This document shows positions 23,732-33,745 of a DNA stretch of 52,403 nt, piece after piece. A program made the position numbers and the translations under genes. The DNA comes from a virus, in the IMG/VR virus record IMGVR_UViG_3300032782_000001, positions 1 through 52,403 of that record. One strand, given 5' to 3'. The notes under the pieces are model-generated. The model was not told the DNA's origin and made no database searches. It was given only the letters and a program-made list of their open reading frames with translations. Within the stretch, counting starts at the first letter, position 1, and each line of letters starts with the position of its first letter.

Positions 23732-24174
23732 TGGAGGGGGACTTCAGTCAGCTCTGACATCTGGAGACGCATCCGTTCTACGTGATCTGAAAATGCGAGG
23801 TAATCACCTCGAGAAGCTGCCCAGCAAGCAGCTTCTCCCCAAAAAGCGCATGCCTCAAGAGCGAGGCGCCAATGGCGAGATGCTCGAGGTGCTTCATGGA
23901 CACGAATCCTTTGAAGAATTCTACATGCTGCTGCGAGGGTCCGTCGACATTCTACGGGGCCAAGTGATCGAAGATGGCCACTCATTTCAGGGAGACCAGC
24001 CGCATCAGTCATACACGGCATGAGTTGACGGACAACCGAATCAGCTTCAGGCAAGAGCTCCATGCTTTGGGAAGCACGCGGGTACAAAGACTTCATTCCA
24101 ACAAGTTACAACAGAGCCGCGAGCTCCGCAAATTCGACAGATCGGCACGTATGCAATTGTCAGGAGGTGCCGAC

Positions 24175-24801
24175 ATGTCGGACAACAAGAAGGGTTCGAG
24201 TTACGAGAGGATTTACCAAGCACTGCTGGACACGACGGAGGGCAAGGGGATCCAGGCGCGGGTGAAGCAGGCCATCGAGAACGTTCGGGTCACGGGCTAC
24301 CAGTTCAAGCTCAACAGCTCGGACGACGGACGGCCCGTCGCCGTGCCGCATTTCACGACGAACTGGGCGAAGGAACGGTCCTTCACGAAGAACAACATCT
24401 ACTGCAGCGTCTACGATCTCTTCACTACCGAAGAGTTCAATGCCATCGTGGAGGCCCACTTCGAGAAGGATGTGAAGACGTTCTTCTGCCGCAAGGACAC
24501 CGTGCTCAAGGGTTGCCGTGACGAGCGTGGCCGCAAGCACATCTCGTCGTTCGCTGCCTGGGCAGGGACTCAGATCGAAAATCTGACCGCCGACATCCGG
24601 GACGCAGCCGTCATCCGCCTCGAAAGTCAAGCTACGGAGCTTGCGTCCACCGCGGATTTCTTGCAGGACAGGCACAACGCGCTCCTGCGGTTCTGCCACG
24701 ACGAGGTGGTTCAGGTCATGTCGCGCTACGCGTTTCTCGGGACGGACGTCCTGAAGGGCGCACTCAAGGAGTTCTGCGTGGCAGATGTGATGGAGGCGTG
24801 A
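24175..24801 (+). CDS. hypothetical protein (208 aa), tail ...EFCVADVMEA (tail family)
   Basis: ORF track 23974..24801 trimmed to Met68 after AGGAGGTGCCGAC; cassette at 24125-24174. Confidence 0.6.
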   Translation: MSDNKKGSSYERIYQALLDTTEGKGIQARVKQAIENVRVTGYQFKLNSSDDGRPVAVPHFTTNWAKERSFTKNNIYCSVYDLFTTEEFNAIVEAHFEKDVKTFFCRKDTVLKGCRDERGRKHISSFAAWAGTQIENLTADIRDAAVIRLESQATELASTADFLQDRHNALLRFCHDEVVQVMSRYAFLGTDVLKGALKEFCVADVMEA

Positions 24802-24802
24802 C

Positions 24803-25360
24803 ATGACACGGGAAGACGTCTTGATGAGTCTATCGGTCAAGGCTCTCCTGGCCGTCAACCCGAACTTGAGGAATTCTGACACCTGGAAGGAGGACGTACG
24901 CAAAACCATTCGGTACGTCCTCCAATGCCAGGTGTCAGGGTCCCATTTCAGCGACACTGTGCCTCCCCTCCCTGTTGTCGTGCTCAAGAGCGGCAAAGGA
25001 GACAAGAAGTGCCATGTCGTTCCAGGCTCGGCAGTGAAAGCCATTATCCACGGAGGCACATTCTTCGAACCGGTAGGCCCTATCCGTGATGCCTGTCTGG
25101 AGGCGCTGTATAAAGTCTTGGAACCGGACGGGAAACGTGTAGAAACGATGGTGGTGGAGGCCGCTCAAAAACTACTGAACGACCCGGTACGGGTTCAAAA
25201 GAAAAAGGACCAGATCGCCAGCCAGAGGGCCGCTTACAAGGCCAAAAAGACCGAGCAGCTCCGCGGCGCGTTTCGCGACTACTTGAAAGATGGATGGACG
25301 GAGGAGGAAATCCTCCGAATCCTGCATGAAGCACAAGTGGCGGAGGTCATGGATTCTTGA
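24803..25360 (+). CDS. hypothetical protein (185 aa), tail ...EAQVAEVMDS (tail family)
   Basis: ORF track; start 1 nt after upstream TGA. Confidence 0.6.
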   Translation: MTREDVLMSLSVKALLAVNPNLRNSDTWKEDVRKTIRYVLQCQVSGSHFSDTVPPLPVVVLKSGKGDKKCHVVPGSAVKAIIHGGTFFEPVGPIRDACLEALYKVLEPDGKRVETMVVEAAQKLLNDPVRVQKKKDQIASQRAAYKAKKTEQLRGAFRDYLKDGWTEEEILRILHEAQVAEVMDS

Positions 25361-25414
25361 AGGACTTCTGGAGGCTCGTCCTCGCCATCGTCCGTTCGAA
25401 GGTGTCATGGAAGC

Positions 25415-25597
25415 ATGATTCATTGTTTTGAAGGCTGTGACAAACCAGTCATTGCTGGATATTCCGCTCAGGTTAACGATAGCCAGAGGCGCTTCCAATT
25501 TGTGTGTGAAGACCACGAAAAGCGATTCTTTCCGTGGGATGGTTGGATAAAACTGACCGATGAAGAGCTATTGGTTTACGAAGTCATGACATCATGA
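25415..25597 (+). CDS. Cys-rich small protein, tail ...DEELLVYEVMTS (tail family)
   Basis: ORF track. Confidence 0.55.
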   Translation: MIHCFEGCDKPVIAGYSAQVNDSQRRFQFVCEDHEKRFFPWDGWIKLTDEELLVYEVMTS

Positions 25598-25794
25598 CCA
25601 CCGTTATTCATTGCGAATACATGGAACCCGGAAAGTGTAAGCGACAGGCTAGAGTCGCTTATTGGGTTCCTTCTAGCAATGAAGTCTGGTTCAGGTGTAA
25701 TCGACACAAGCTCCATGTTCGGACTACGGAGACTTTATGGGCACGAAAAATTCCAATTTCGGAAGGAATTGTTCTTTCTGTCATGGAGTCGTGA
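25594..25794 (+). CDS. Cys-rich small protein, tail ...EGIVLSVMES (tail family)
   Basis: ORF track; ATGA overlap. Confidence 0.55.
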   Translation: MTTVIHCEYMEPGKCKRQARVAYWVPSSNEVWFRCNRHKLHVRTTETLWARKIPISEGIVLSVMES

Positions 25795-25891
25795 TCGACT
25801 GTAAAGTGCTCGGCCCCAACTTCAAAAGCAGTGCGGCGCGCAGCCGCAAATTCGCCGCTGCTCCGCGTATCGGGCAGTGGAGGTGACGCGA

Positions 25892-27001
25892 ATGCTCACG
25901 AACATCAACGAGATCGATCAAGAGACGCTCATGCGGGTTCTCCGCTTCACGATCAAGTCGGGGGGCAATCTCATGACCTTCGGGCCGGCCGGCATCGGCA
26001 AGACCGAGATGGCCATGCAGGCCTGCAAGGAGGAGGGTTACAGGTTCGTCTATCTGAACCTGTCCGTCCTCGAGGCTCCGGACATGGTGGGCCTGCCGCA
26101 GGTCCAGGATGGCAAGACGAGCTATGCTCCGCCGGAGACCATCCCGCTGCGCGACGACAACCAGAAGAAGGTGGTGCTGCTCGTGGATGAGGTCGACAAG
26201 GCCAAGCCCGAGCTGCAGAACCCCTGCCTCGAGCTCTTCCAGTTCCGCGCCATGAACGGTCGCGAGATGAACATCCACAGCGTCATCGCGACGGGCAACC
26301 TGCCCGACGAGGGCGCCTTCTCGCAGCCCGTCAGCCACGCGCTCACGAACCGGTGCCTCGTGTTCAGGGTCACTCACGCCTTCGATCCGTGGCTGCAGTG
26401 GGCGACCGGCCCCGCGGCGGTCCATCCTCTCATCGTGGGCTTCCTCAGCAAGAACCCGGAGTACCTGCTCATGCCGGATGCCTCGGGTGACACCACGGCT
26501 TACTGCCATCCGAGCCCTCGCCAGTGGACCCTCGCCGCGAAGGACCTGGAGCACACGTCGACGGCGGACCACATCGACTTCCAGACGCTCCTCATCGCGG
26601 GTCGCGTCGGGACGGCGGCCGCCGTCAAGTTCCGGGTCTGGCTGGAGCACTACCGCCACGTCGAGCCCCTCATCGAGGCGCTCGTCAAGAAGGGCGAGCA
26701 CCCGGACATCAAGAACATGGCGATCGACCGCCAGTTCGTTTGTGCCCTGAGCGCCGTGGGTGCCATCGCAGCCGAATGCCGCAAGACGCTCGCCCCTGGC
26801 AAGGACAAGGAAGAGCAGAAGAAGAAGACCCACAAGTACACGGAGAACGTCTTCACGTGGCTCGGGAAGCTCCCCTCGGAGTTCGTCATCGGGGCCGTCA
26901 AGACGGTCCTCAACATGAAGATGATCCAGGACTACGACCTCACGAAGATCGCTCCGTTCATGCAGGAGTACATGAAGGTCAGGCAGGCCTTCAAGGACTG
27001 A
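25892..27001 (+). CDS. MoxR/AAA_5-type AAA+ ATPase
   Basis: Walker A GPAGIGKT, Walker B VVLLVDEVDKA; ORF track trimmed to Met6 after GGAGGTGACGCGA; cassette at 25840-25891; 11-bp perfect hairpin CCGAGTCTGCG..CGCAGACTCGG at 27027-27083. Confidence 0.8.
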   Translation: MLTNINEIDQETLMRVLRFTIKSGGNLMTFGPAGIGKTEMAMQACKEEGYRFVYLNLSVLEAPDMVGLPQVQDGKTSYAPPETIPLRDDNQKKVVLLVDEVDKAKPELQNPCLELFQFRAMNGREMNIHSVIATGNLPDEGAFSQPVSHALTNRCLVFRVTHAFDPWLQWATGPAAVHPLIVGFLSKNPEYLLMPDASGDTTAYCHPSPRQWTLAAKDLEHTSTADHIDFQTLLIAGRVGTAAAVKFRVWLEHYRHVEPLIEALVKKGEHPDIKNMAIDRQFVCALSAVGAIAAECRKTLAPGKDKEEQKKKTHKYTENVFTWLGKLPSEFVIGAVKTVLNMKMIQDYDLTKIAPFMQEYMKVRQAFKD

Positions 27002-27154
27002 TCTAGTATTCTCATAATCTTGACAAACCGAGTCTGCGTTAAGTTGATCTTATGGAAACAGAAGATCCTTCGCAGACTCGGATCGACGTCTAATTTCAGG
27101 AAGGGCAATCAAGGACTGGCACGGAATACTCCAGGTAAGATGAGATGTAATTGA

Positions 27155-27379
27155 ATGCCTCATGCCTGGATGAAGTATGAATCTGCAAACGCATACCGTC
27201 CTTACGGAGAAATGACTGGCACATACTTCCGTTTTGTATGTGCAAATTGTGGCCAAACCAAGATGCGAACAGATTCTCCCGAGTCTGATGAACGTCTTTG
27301 GACCAGCCCTTCTTGGTCCCCAAATGCCGTCCTGATGTCTTGCGAAGAAATCGTAGTTCTTGCAGTCATGGACTCTTGA
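27155..27379 (+). CDS. Cys-rich small protein, tail ...CEEIVVLAVMDS (tail family)
   Basis: ORF track. Confidence 0.5.
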   Translation: MPHAWMKYESANAYRPYGEMTGTYFRFVCANCGQTKMRTDSPESDERLWTSPSWSPNAVLMSCEEIVVLAVMDS

Positions 27380-27465
27380 ATGGCAGACATTCAAGCCGTC
27401 AAGGATTGACTTAAATTCTGAGAGTCTCCACGTATGTAGGTTCCAGGCCTTAGGAGGGCCATCTA

Positions 27466-28428
27466 ATGACCAAGGCAGCCGCTAAGCAGTCCGTTGTCAC
27501 CAGCCTCAATCAACTCGAGCATCTCTTGAGGTCTCAGGAGACTTCCACTCCCATCACGGACGTAGCACTCTCGGCTGCCGCTGCCAGGGAGATCATCGAG
27601 AAGTGGGGCAAGGGAAACAGGCCTGTCTCGGATGTGACGGTCCAAAAATATAAGGGGGATATGGAGAACAACCGCTGGCGTTCCCATTCCCCCATCGGGT
27701 TCGGTGTGTTTCCGGACAAGATTCAGATTGGCGATGGGCAGCACAGGCTCATCGCACAGGACAAATCCTCCACCACGCAGGTCTACAGCGTTCAAGCATT
27801 CTCGGATAGTGACGAGTTCGAGGTCTTCGTCAAGACGGTGGACTCTGGGAAGCCCCGGAAGTTGTCGGATCTCTTCAGCATCCTCGAGACCTTCCCCCCG
27901 AATCAGTCCGCTCGGGCCCAGGCCATCACCAATTTCATGATGAAGTTTAGTGACATCAAGCTCACTACCGAATCTCAGCAGGACAAGGTGGACTATGCCA
28001 CTAGTCACCTCAAAGCCATCAGGTTCGCTTCCAGCCTGAACTCGAAGGAGTTCCAATCTCACGTCGCCGCGGCAATCGCCATCGCTCACAAGAAGCATCA
28101 GCGTGTTGTCGAAGCATTCGTGGATGCTGTTCACTCTGGTGTCGGCCTTGCAGCTGGTTCTCCAGCTCTCGTATTCAAGAATGCACTCAATGATTTGAAT
28201 TGTATCGCGCTGACCAACAAGAAGGAGGTCAAGCCTCGAGATCGTGCAATGGCAGTGACTTTGCGGGTGATTTACGACCACGCTCGCAACAAGAAGACTT
28301 CACACGTCAAAAAAACTCGCACGGACTCGAAGTACCTCCATGAGGTGATTACGTATTTCATCTCTTCGGATGTCGCTGACCAGTATCTGGCTCGGCATGC
28401 CAAAGAGGACACTTCTCACACTCCGTGA
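27466..28428 (+). CDS. ParB/Srx-fold protein with DGQHR motif (DndB-like family)
   Basis: IQIGDGQHRLIA motif; AGGAGGG RBS. Confidence 0.65.
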   Translation: MTKAAAKQSVVTSLNQLEHLLRSQETSTPITDVALSAAAAREIIEKWGKGNRPVSDVTVQKYKGDMENNRWRSHSPIGFGVFPDKIQIGDGQHRLIAQDKSSTTQVYSVQAFSDSDEFEVFVKTVDSGKPRKLSDLFSILETFPPNQSARAQAITNFMMKFSDIKLTTESQQDKVDYATSHLKAIRFASSLNSKEFQSHVAAAIAIAHKKHQRVVEAFVDAVHSGVGLAAGSPALVFKNALNDLNCIALTNKKEVKPRDRAMAVTLRVIYDHARNKKTSHVKKTRTDSKYLHEVITYFISSDVADQYLARHAKEDTSHTP

Positions 28429-28435
28429 GGTATTG

Positions 28436-29365
28436 ATGGACATCAGGCATGTTCCGATTGAGGTCGACGACATCGTCGTCGACCATGACGTCATGATCCG
28501 GGATCGTTTGGATGAATCCTGGGTAAGGGAGCTCGCTGCCCTTTACGAAGATCGTCATCAGATCGATCCGATTCTTCTCATGAAAGACAAAGACGGAATC
28601 ATCCGCTTGGTGCACGGATTCTATCGGGTGGCCGCGCTGAAAATGTGCGGCCATTCCGGTACAACTGCAGAGATCCGCGAAGGTTCAAAGGATCAAGCCA
28701 TTCTTGCTGCATGCAGGGTGGACCATCATGGGTTGAGGAGGACTATTCAAGAGCAAAAGAAGGCAGTATTTCGGGTGAAAGAATCAGCCGAAATGAAGAA
28801 TTCAAGTAATAGGGCCATCGGAATTTATTGTGGTATTCCGGAGTGGGCCGTCGTCAAAATTCTTTTGGGCGAGGAACCTATCCTTGGTCCCAGGGTTTGC
28901 CATGTTTCAGTTCCTGGCGAACTCCCTTTGAAGAAGAACTTGACTGCCCTCTACGCGAAAATCGACTCGGCTCTCCGAGCTAATCCGAGCATGAATAGCA
29001 CGGAAATCAGCAAACTCTTGAAGTGCAACAGGGCGCTCGTTGCGAAGAGGCGGATTGAGATCGGAGTTCCTCAGGCTAACTTTCCGGGAAAGGCAAAACC
29101 TGAAGCTCGAGCCAGTATCATTGAATTACTGAAAAATAACCCCAAAAGGACTCTGGCTTCTATTGCTGAAGAGGTGGGAGTAGCCCCGTCCACTGTCAGT
29201 GGGATTAGGGACAAGCTACTAAAGGAGAAGAAGGAACAAGACGAGAAAAAGAAGGAACAAGCCCCGGCTCCCTCTGATGAAATGCCTTCGGCTCCCTTCA
29301 GGAAGGGAGCCCAACCCGATCCTCGCCTTACGTTCCAACAGTATAAGGTACGTTCAGGATCTTGA
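28436..29365 (+). CDS. ParB-like N-terminal domain protein with C-terminal HTH
   Basis: ILLMKDKDGIIRLVHGFYRVAALK (ParB GxxR box), HTH-like TLASIAEEVGVAPSTVSGIR; ORF track 28370 trimmed to Met23 after TGAGGTATTG; 15-bp hairpin downstream at about 29478-29513. Confidence 0.65.
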   Translation: MDIRHVPIEVDDIVVDHDVMIRDRLDESWVRELAALYEDRHQIDPILLMKDKDGIIRLVHGFYRVAALKMCGHSGTTAEIREGSKDQAILAACRVDHHGLRRTIQEQKKAVFRVKESAEMKNSSNRAIGIYCGIPEWAVVKILLGEEPILGPRVCHVSVPGELPLKKNLTALYAKIDSALRANPSMNSTEISKLLKCNRALVAKRRIEIGVPQANFPGKAKPEARASIIELLKNNPKRTLASIAEEVGVAPSTVSGIRDKLLKEKKEQDEKKKEQAPAPSDEMPSAPFRKGAQPDPRLTFQQYKVRSGS

Positions 29366-29578
29366 TTCAAGACTGGTTGCAAATCAATGTATATCCGAAG
29401 TTACCGTCGATGGACGGTTCAAGGACTGACGATCCCCTGAGGATCGCAAAGGAGTGGCGTTCGCACGTCACCTCCGCTCGCCTCGGAAGGTCTGGAATGG
29501 GCCAGATCTTCCGAGGCTGAGCCTTGTCGTGTAAGATCGTTCCGATTATGCACAGGAGATTGTCTCCTCGGTGATGCC

Positions 29579-29833
29579 TTGAAGGTCTTTAGGGAGAAGG
29601 ACCCGAAATCGGTCCAATGTCACCACGTCTACACCACCTTTGAAGTGGTACGGGAACAAGGACGATGTAAATATAAGGCATCCCGGTTCTTCATGTTGAT
29701 AGCGCTGGGGGCGTACTACGGATTTTGTAGGAAACATTGGAATGATGGTGAGAGATTGAATTCACCAGGAGAAACTCGGGCCACGGAGATCACCCGAGAC
29801 CAATACGTCGTCCATGAAATCATGGACTCTTGA
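29579..29833 (+). CDS. Cys-rich small protein, tail ...RDQYVVHEIMDS (tail family)
   Basis: ORF track; start uncertain (TTG). Confidence 0.45.
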   Translation: MKVFREKDPKSVQCHHVYTTFEVVREQGRCKYKASRFFMLIALGAYYGFCRKHWNDGERLNSPGETRATEITRDQYVVHEIMDS

Positions 29834-29899
29834 AAGGCAATTTGGCGTCGATCCGCAAATTCAGCGATCCGACGCGTATCGATCTGTGGAGGTGACGAA

Positions 29900-31387
29900 A
29901 TGCAGATGTCCGATGTCTCCAGGCTGAAAGACCCGAAGCGGGTCTGCACGAAGGAGGACGGGTCTTACGACCACGCCCGTCTCGCCCTCTTGCAAAAGAA
30001 GGTTTCCGACTGCATGACGAAGATGTTCCGCAAGCCCGAGGGCGGCGGAAACCCCTTCCTCTACGCCCTCACCCTGCCCAAGCCGCACGAGCTCGCCATC
30101 GAGCTCCCCGGGCCCAATGGGAAGGACTTCCACACGGCTGCCACCGACGGCAAGAAGTTCTGGTGGCACCCGGACTTCCTCGAGAAGCTGGACTCGGAAG
30201 AGGTGCCCACGGTCATGGAGCACGAGGGTTATCACGTGATCCTCTTCCATCCGCAACGTGGCGTGGGGACCAACCCCCGCATCTTCAACTGGGCGATCGA
30301 CTACGTTGTCAACGCCATCATCGAGACCAATCACAAGCAGCTCAACCGCAAGGGCAAGCTTTGGGGCGGGAACCTCGGCGAGCCGCTCTCGTTCGCGGAT
30401 CTTCTCTCGTACATCGATGGAAATTCGGAGCTCCCGAAGGACAAGAATTCCATCTTCGTGGACGTCTCGCTTCACGGACGGAGTCCGGAGTCGATCTACG
30501 AAGAGATCATGGATCATTGGGACAAGAGTCCGCGCAAGTGCTCTCTCTGTACGTGCCTGTCCATCGATCCGAAGACTGGCAAGCCCATCCACGCCCTTCA
30601 CGGCAAGAGCCCAGTGCCGCCGGAGAAACCGCACGACCCCCACTGCGACGGGACCTGCTGTCCCAAGTGTGGCGTCAAGTCGGACCCGCTCGGGTCGATG
30701 GACGCTCACATCCCGGGCGCCCTGACGAAAGATGAGGTCATGGCGGATATCATGCGCGCCAGGGACCAGTCGACGGCCATGAGGGGCACCGTTCCCTCCG
30801 AAGTGGAAGATGCGCTCAAAGAGCTGATGAAGCCTACGCTGAAGTTCACGGACATCGTCAAGTCCTGCTTCATGCGCAAGATCCAGGATGCTGGGATGAA
30901 GAACGACTGGAAGCGCTGCCGACGCCGGTGGTTGGCCTCCAATCCCAAGCAGTATCTCCCGAGGCGCCACACTCATCGGCCCCGGTGGCTTGCGATGGTG
31001 GACACCAGCGGCTCCATGCAGGACGATGATCTCCTCTACGGAATCTCTCAGCTCAAGGTTCTGGGAGACAACACGGAAGGTTACGTCATCCCCTGCGACG
31101 CATCTCCGAAATGGGATGCCATGCAGAAGATCGACAAGGCCACGGACCTGCAGAGGACCAAGATCGTCGGGCGCGGAGGAACGGTCTTCGATCAGTTCTT
31201 CCAGGACTTCCCGAAGAAGATCGGGACGGACTTCGACGTGGTGGTCATCATCACGGACGGAGACTGCGGGACGATCCCCCTGCACCTCAAGCCGCCGTGC
31301 GATGTCGTCTGGGTCATCACCCGGACCATGAAGGAGTATAAGCCCAGCTTCGGACGCGTGGCCCCGCTCCGCCCCTCTCGGATGTGA
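29900..31387 (+). CDS. VWA-domain protein with N-terminal HExxH metallopeptidase-like module (DUF2201-like partner of MoxR ATPases)
   Basis: HEGYHV motif, MIDAS DTSGSM; GGAGGTGACGAA-ATG; cassette at 29850-29899. Confidence 0.75.
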   Translation: MQMSDVSRLKDPKRVCTKEDGSYDHARLALLQKKVSDCMTKMFRKPEGGGNPFLYALTLPKPHELAIELPGPNGKDFHTAATDGKKFWWHPDFLEKLDSEEVPTVMEHEGYHVILFHPQRGVGTNPRIFNWAIDYVVNAIIETNHKQLNRKGKLWGGNLGEPLSFADLLSYIDGNSELPKDKNSIFVDVSLHGRSPESIYEEIMDHWDKSPRKCSLCTCLSIDPKTGKPIHALHGKSPVPPEKPHDPHCDGTCCPKCGVKSDPLGSMDAHIPGALTKDEVMADIMRARDQSTAMRGTVPSEVEDALKELMKPTLKFTDIVKSCFMRKIQDAGMKNDWKRCRRRWLASNPKQYLPRRHTHRPRWLAMVDTSGSMQDDDLLYGISQLKVLGDNTEGYVIPCDASPKWDAMQKIDKATDLQRTKIVGRGGTVFDQFFQDFPKKIGTDFDVVVIITDGDCGTIPLHLKPPCDVVWVITRTMKEYKPSFGRVAPLRPSRM

Positions 31388-31394
31388 TTTGCTG

Positions 31395-31430
31395 ATATAT
31401 GGCAGGGGTCGTTACGACCCCTGCCATATA
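31395..31430. repeat. TGGCAGGGG hairpin family member (ATATATGGCAGGGGTCG-TTA-CGACCCCTGCCATATA)
   Basis: read directly; intergenic, followed by GGGGAGGT-ATG of the next gene. Confidence 0.7.
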
Positions 31431-31444
31431 CTGGGGAGGTAACC

Positions 31445-31741
31445 ATGGACGACGAAGAGGACTACAACTCGCAGCCTCCGCGTAATTTCCGTCAGCGTCT
31501 ATCGATGAAGATCGGTGCCTGGTCAGATGGGATGGACGGGATTCGGACTCGAATCTATCATTTCGAGTCTGGCTGTTTTCATAGACTGCCTTTGCCATCC
31601 AGGGCTGTAAGGTGGTTTCAGAACCTTCTCGTCCGAATTTCATTTGCAGTAGATGACATCTGCCCGGAGTGCCAATGTTCTCCGGGTCATTCACGCGAAT
31701 GTTCGAAATACTGCCCTGTCAAGTACGTGATGGAATCTTGA
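31445..31741 (+). CDS. Cys-rich protein (98 aa), tail ...CPVKYVMES (tail family)
   Basis: ORF track. Confidence 0.55.
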   Translation: MDDEEDYNSQPPRNFRQRLSMKIGAWSDGMDGIRTRIYHFESGCFHRLPLPSRAVRWFQNLLVRISFAVDDICPECQCSPGHSRECSKYCPVKYVMES

Positions 31742-31743
31742 AC

Positions 31744-32070
31744 ATGAACCTTGCAGGATCTCCCAAGCTTGTCGCCAGCCAGCTGCGCAAATTCTTATCG
31801 TCGGCGCGTATCGTTGCGTCGGAAGTTACTGATCCTGTAATCTGGGAGGCGGTCTGTAAGGACCCGAGCTTTTCGGGTCTCATTGAGACGGGTGCAGTAG
31901 CAAGTGCTTACCGGGCTCGGACCCAATTTCTTGGTAGGGACCGGAGGGATTTAACGGTTTACGTCTTCGTCAACTCTCTTACCTTGGATATTGTCGTCCA
32001 TTTCCGGACGAAAAATGCCATGCAAACCATCGTCAACAATGCGGTTATCCAATCCGTAATGGAATCCTGA
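31744..32070 (+). CDS. hypothetical protein (108 aa), tail ...NAVIQSVMES (tail family)
   Basis: ORF track 31669 trimmed to Met26, 3 nt after the upstream stop. Confidence 0.5.
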   Translation: MNLAGSPKLVASQLRKFLSSARIVASEVTDPVIWEAVCKDPSFSGLIETGAVASAYRARTQFLGRDRRDLTVYVFVNSLTLDIVVHFRTKNAMQTIVNNAVIQSVMES

Positions 32071-32072
32071 AC

Positions 32073-32426
32073 ATGACCATGAATCAAAGGGACTTCGCGA
32101 ATTCTGATCAACCCCAAGAGCCCCGGCTCCGTACCAGGGAGTACCAGCCCCGGGACCCCAACCGTCCTCAGGACGATCGTCCTCGTCCTCCTCGCAGGGA
32201 CAGCCAGATCATCCTCACCGCCCGCGCCATCGACACGCAAAACGGCGAGGCCATGGTGTTCGAGTTCAAGGTCTGGATGTTCAAGGTCTGCTGCATCGTG
32301 AACTTCCCTCGATACGAGGACGAGAAGACCGCTCCTGTGTACGTCCGGCTGAAGCCTCTTCATCGAATCGAAGCCGATGATGTGGTTCAGCCTTCGGACG
32401 AGTTCCACCTCGCTGAAAATGGCTGA
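32073..32426 (+). CDS. Pro/Arg-rich hypothetical protein (117 aa)
   Basis: ORF track. Confidence 0.5.
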   Translation: MTMNQRDFANSDQPQEPRLRTREYQPRDPNRPQDDRPRPPRRDSQIILTARAIDTQNGEAMVFEFKVWMFKVCCIVNFPRYEDEKTAPVYVRLKPLHRIEADDVVQPSDEFHLAENG

Positions 32427-32958
32427 ACCCTCTTGTTCCATCCATCCCGACGAGAAAAACTTCTACCTCTATGAGGGGAAGAAACCTCGTTGCAAGTCTT
32501 GCGTTCGGGATGGACTCAAGAGGTCTCGTCTAAAGAGGAAGCAAGCCGCCGCGTCCGCGGGGGTCTCGGCGGCGCCGGCATCGGCCGACGCCCCGGCCCC
32601 CGTGGCGCGGGCGCCACGCGCGGAGAAGCCCAAGCCCGCGCCCGCGCGGCCCCATCCGGCGGCCCCGCGGGCGCGCGGCTCGGTCCAATATCAAACCAAG
32701 GACCGGAACGCTCCTAACTATTGGAGCGTCACTTGGGGTAGACCTCCTGGAGGATGGCAGGGTCCTCCTTCTACGTCTCCGGACGCGTGGGGTCCATTCA
32801 AAGGGATGACGGACGACGAGATCCGTTATCGGAAGACCCTGCGCGGCCAGCCTTATCTGGCTCGGGGGTCAGCGTGGGTGTCTAAGGATGAATGGGACGC
32901 CCACGACAAATGGCTTGAGGAGTACAAAGTCAACCTTGCCAATAAGCACAATCGGTGA
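32419..32958 (+). CDS. zinc-ribbon protein with an 85% GC Ala/Pro-rich linker (179 aa)
   Basis: ORF track 32377 trimmed to Met15, which overlaps the upstream stop; CSIHPDEKN...CKSC. Confidence 0.5.
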   Translation: MAEPSCSIHPDEKNFYLYEGKKPRCKSCVRDGLKRSRLKRKQAAASAGVSAAPASADAPAPVARAPRAEKPKPAPARPHPAAPRARGSVQYQTKDRNAPNYWSVTWGRPPGGWQGPPSTSPDAWGPFKGMTDDEIRYRKTLRGQPYLARGSAWVSKDEWDAHDKWLEEYKVNLANKHNR

Positions 32959-33017
32959 GGTTGTAAAGCCGACAGAAATCGCCGGGCTCGGCGCGTATCA
33001 GACAGTGGAGGTGACAC

Positions 33018-33374
33018 ATGGCTCGTACGCATTCCGATCAGGCGAAGATGGCGGTGGTTCTCGACGTGATGGAGGTGTCGGATGCCTTGAAGGGCAAGTC
33101 CTTCTCCATCACCGGCCATCTCGGTCGTCCGCGCCCCGAAATCGTGGAGATCATCACGAGGGCGGGCGGTCGTTTCGAGGAGAGGCCCAAGAACCTCTGG
33201 GGTAAGGATGCCTATCTGGTCACCAACGCCGACTGGACGAAGAATTCCATCAAGGGGAAGGTCTCGTCCAAGTTCGATGAGGCCAGGCGCAACGGCATCA
33301 AGATCATCTCGGAGGACGAGCTCTACAAGATGATCATCGACAACGACCCCAACATGAAGGACGAAGCATCGTGA
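33018..33374 (+). CDS. stand-alone BRCT-domain protein
   Basis: GKSFSITGHLGRPRPEIVEIITRAGGRFEERPK...AYLVTNAD...FDEARRNGIKIISEDELYKMI matches the LigA-type BRCT pattern; GGAGGTGACAC-ATG; cassette at 32970-33017. Confidence 0.65.
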   Translation: MARTHSDQAKMAVVLDVMEVSDALKGKSFSITGHLGRPRPEIVEIITRAGGRFEERPKNLWGKDAYLVTNADWTKNSIKGKVSSKFDEARRNGIKIISEDELYKMIIDNDPNMKDEAS

Positions 33375-33745
33375 GACAATCCGATGCCGTCGCAGCAACT
33401 GTTTGCTGCTCGGTCGCCATCGGTTTCTTAGCGGGCACGTTCATCAATCTGGCAGGGAAGACCGACCGCGGCGATTTGCCTCCAGTGGCTTCGCACTTCG
33501 AAGTGCGAATCCATGTGGTCGTGGAGACTAATACCCACTACAAGAAACTGTGGGAGGAGGCTATGCGTGTCGTAGACGACTGCGTTGCTACTCCTCCGAA
33601 GAACAACCCGGTGAAGCTAGTTCTCATGGGAGACGGCGTACCGGAGAATCCTTGCGATAACGGGCGTCTTTACGGACGTCGGGACGGCAAGAAGGGCAGT
33701 TCTCTCTACATCTGCGAAGAAGGGAATTGGAGGCCAGTCAAATAA
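33371..33745 (+). CDS. small membrane-anchored protein (N-terminal TM helix)
   Basis: ORF track; GTGA overlap; perfect 10-bp palindrome AACTTGCATT-GTGAA-AATGCAAGTT downstream at about 33905-33930. Confidence 0.5.
   Translation: MRQSDAVAATVCCSVAIGFLAGTFINLAGKTDRGDLPPVASHFEVRIHVVVETNTHYKKLWEEAMRVVDDCVATPPKNNPVKLVLMGDGVPENPCDNGRLYGRRDGKKGSSLYICEEGNWRPVK

Noticed and set aside
23728-24174. Minus ORF 23728..24096 and plus ORF 23793..24023 in the 440-bp space before gene 24175
   Set aside because: Neither has an RBS or tail. They are mutually exclusive and both junk-like in composition. The region probably holds leader or regulatory sequence for the cassette at 24125.
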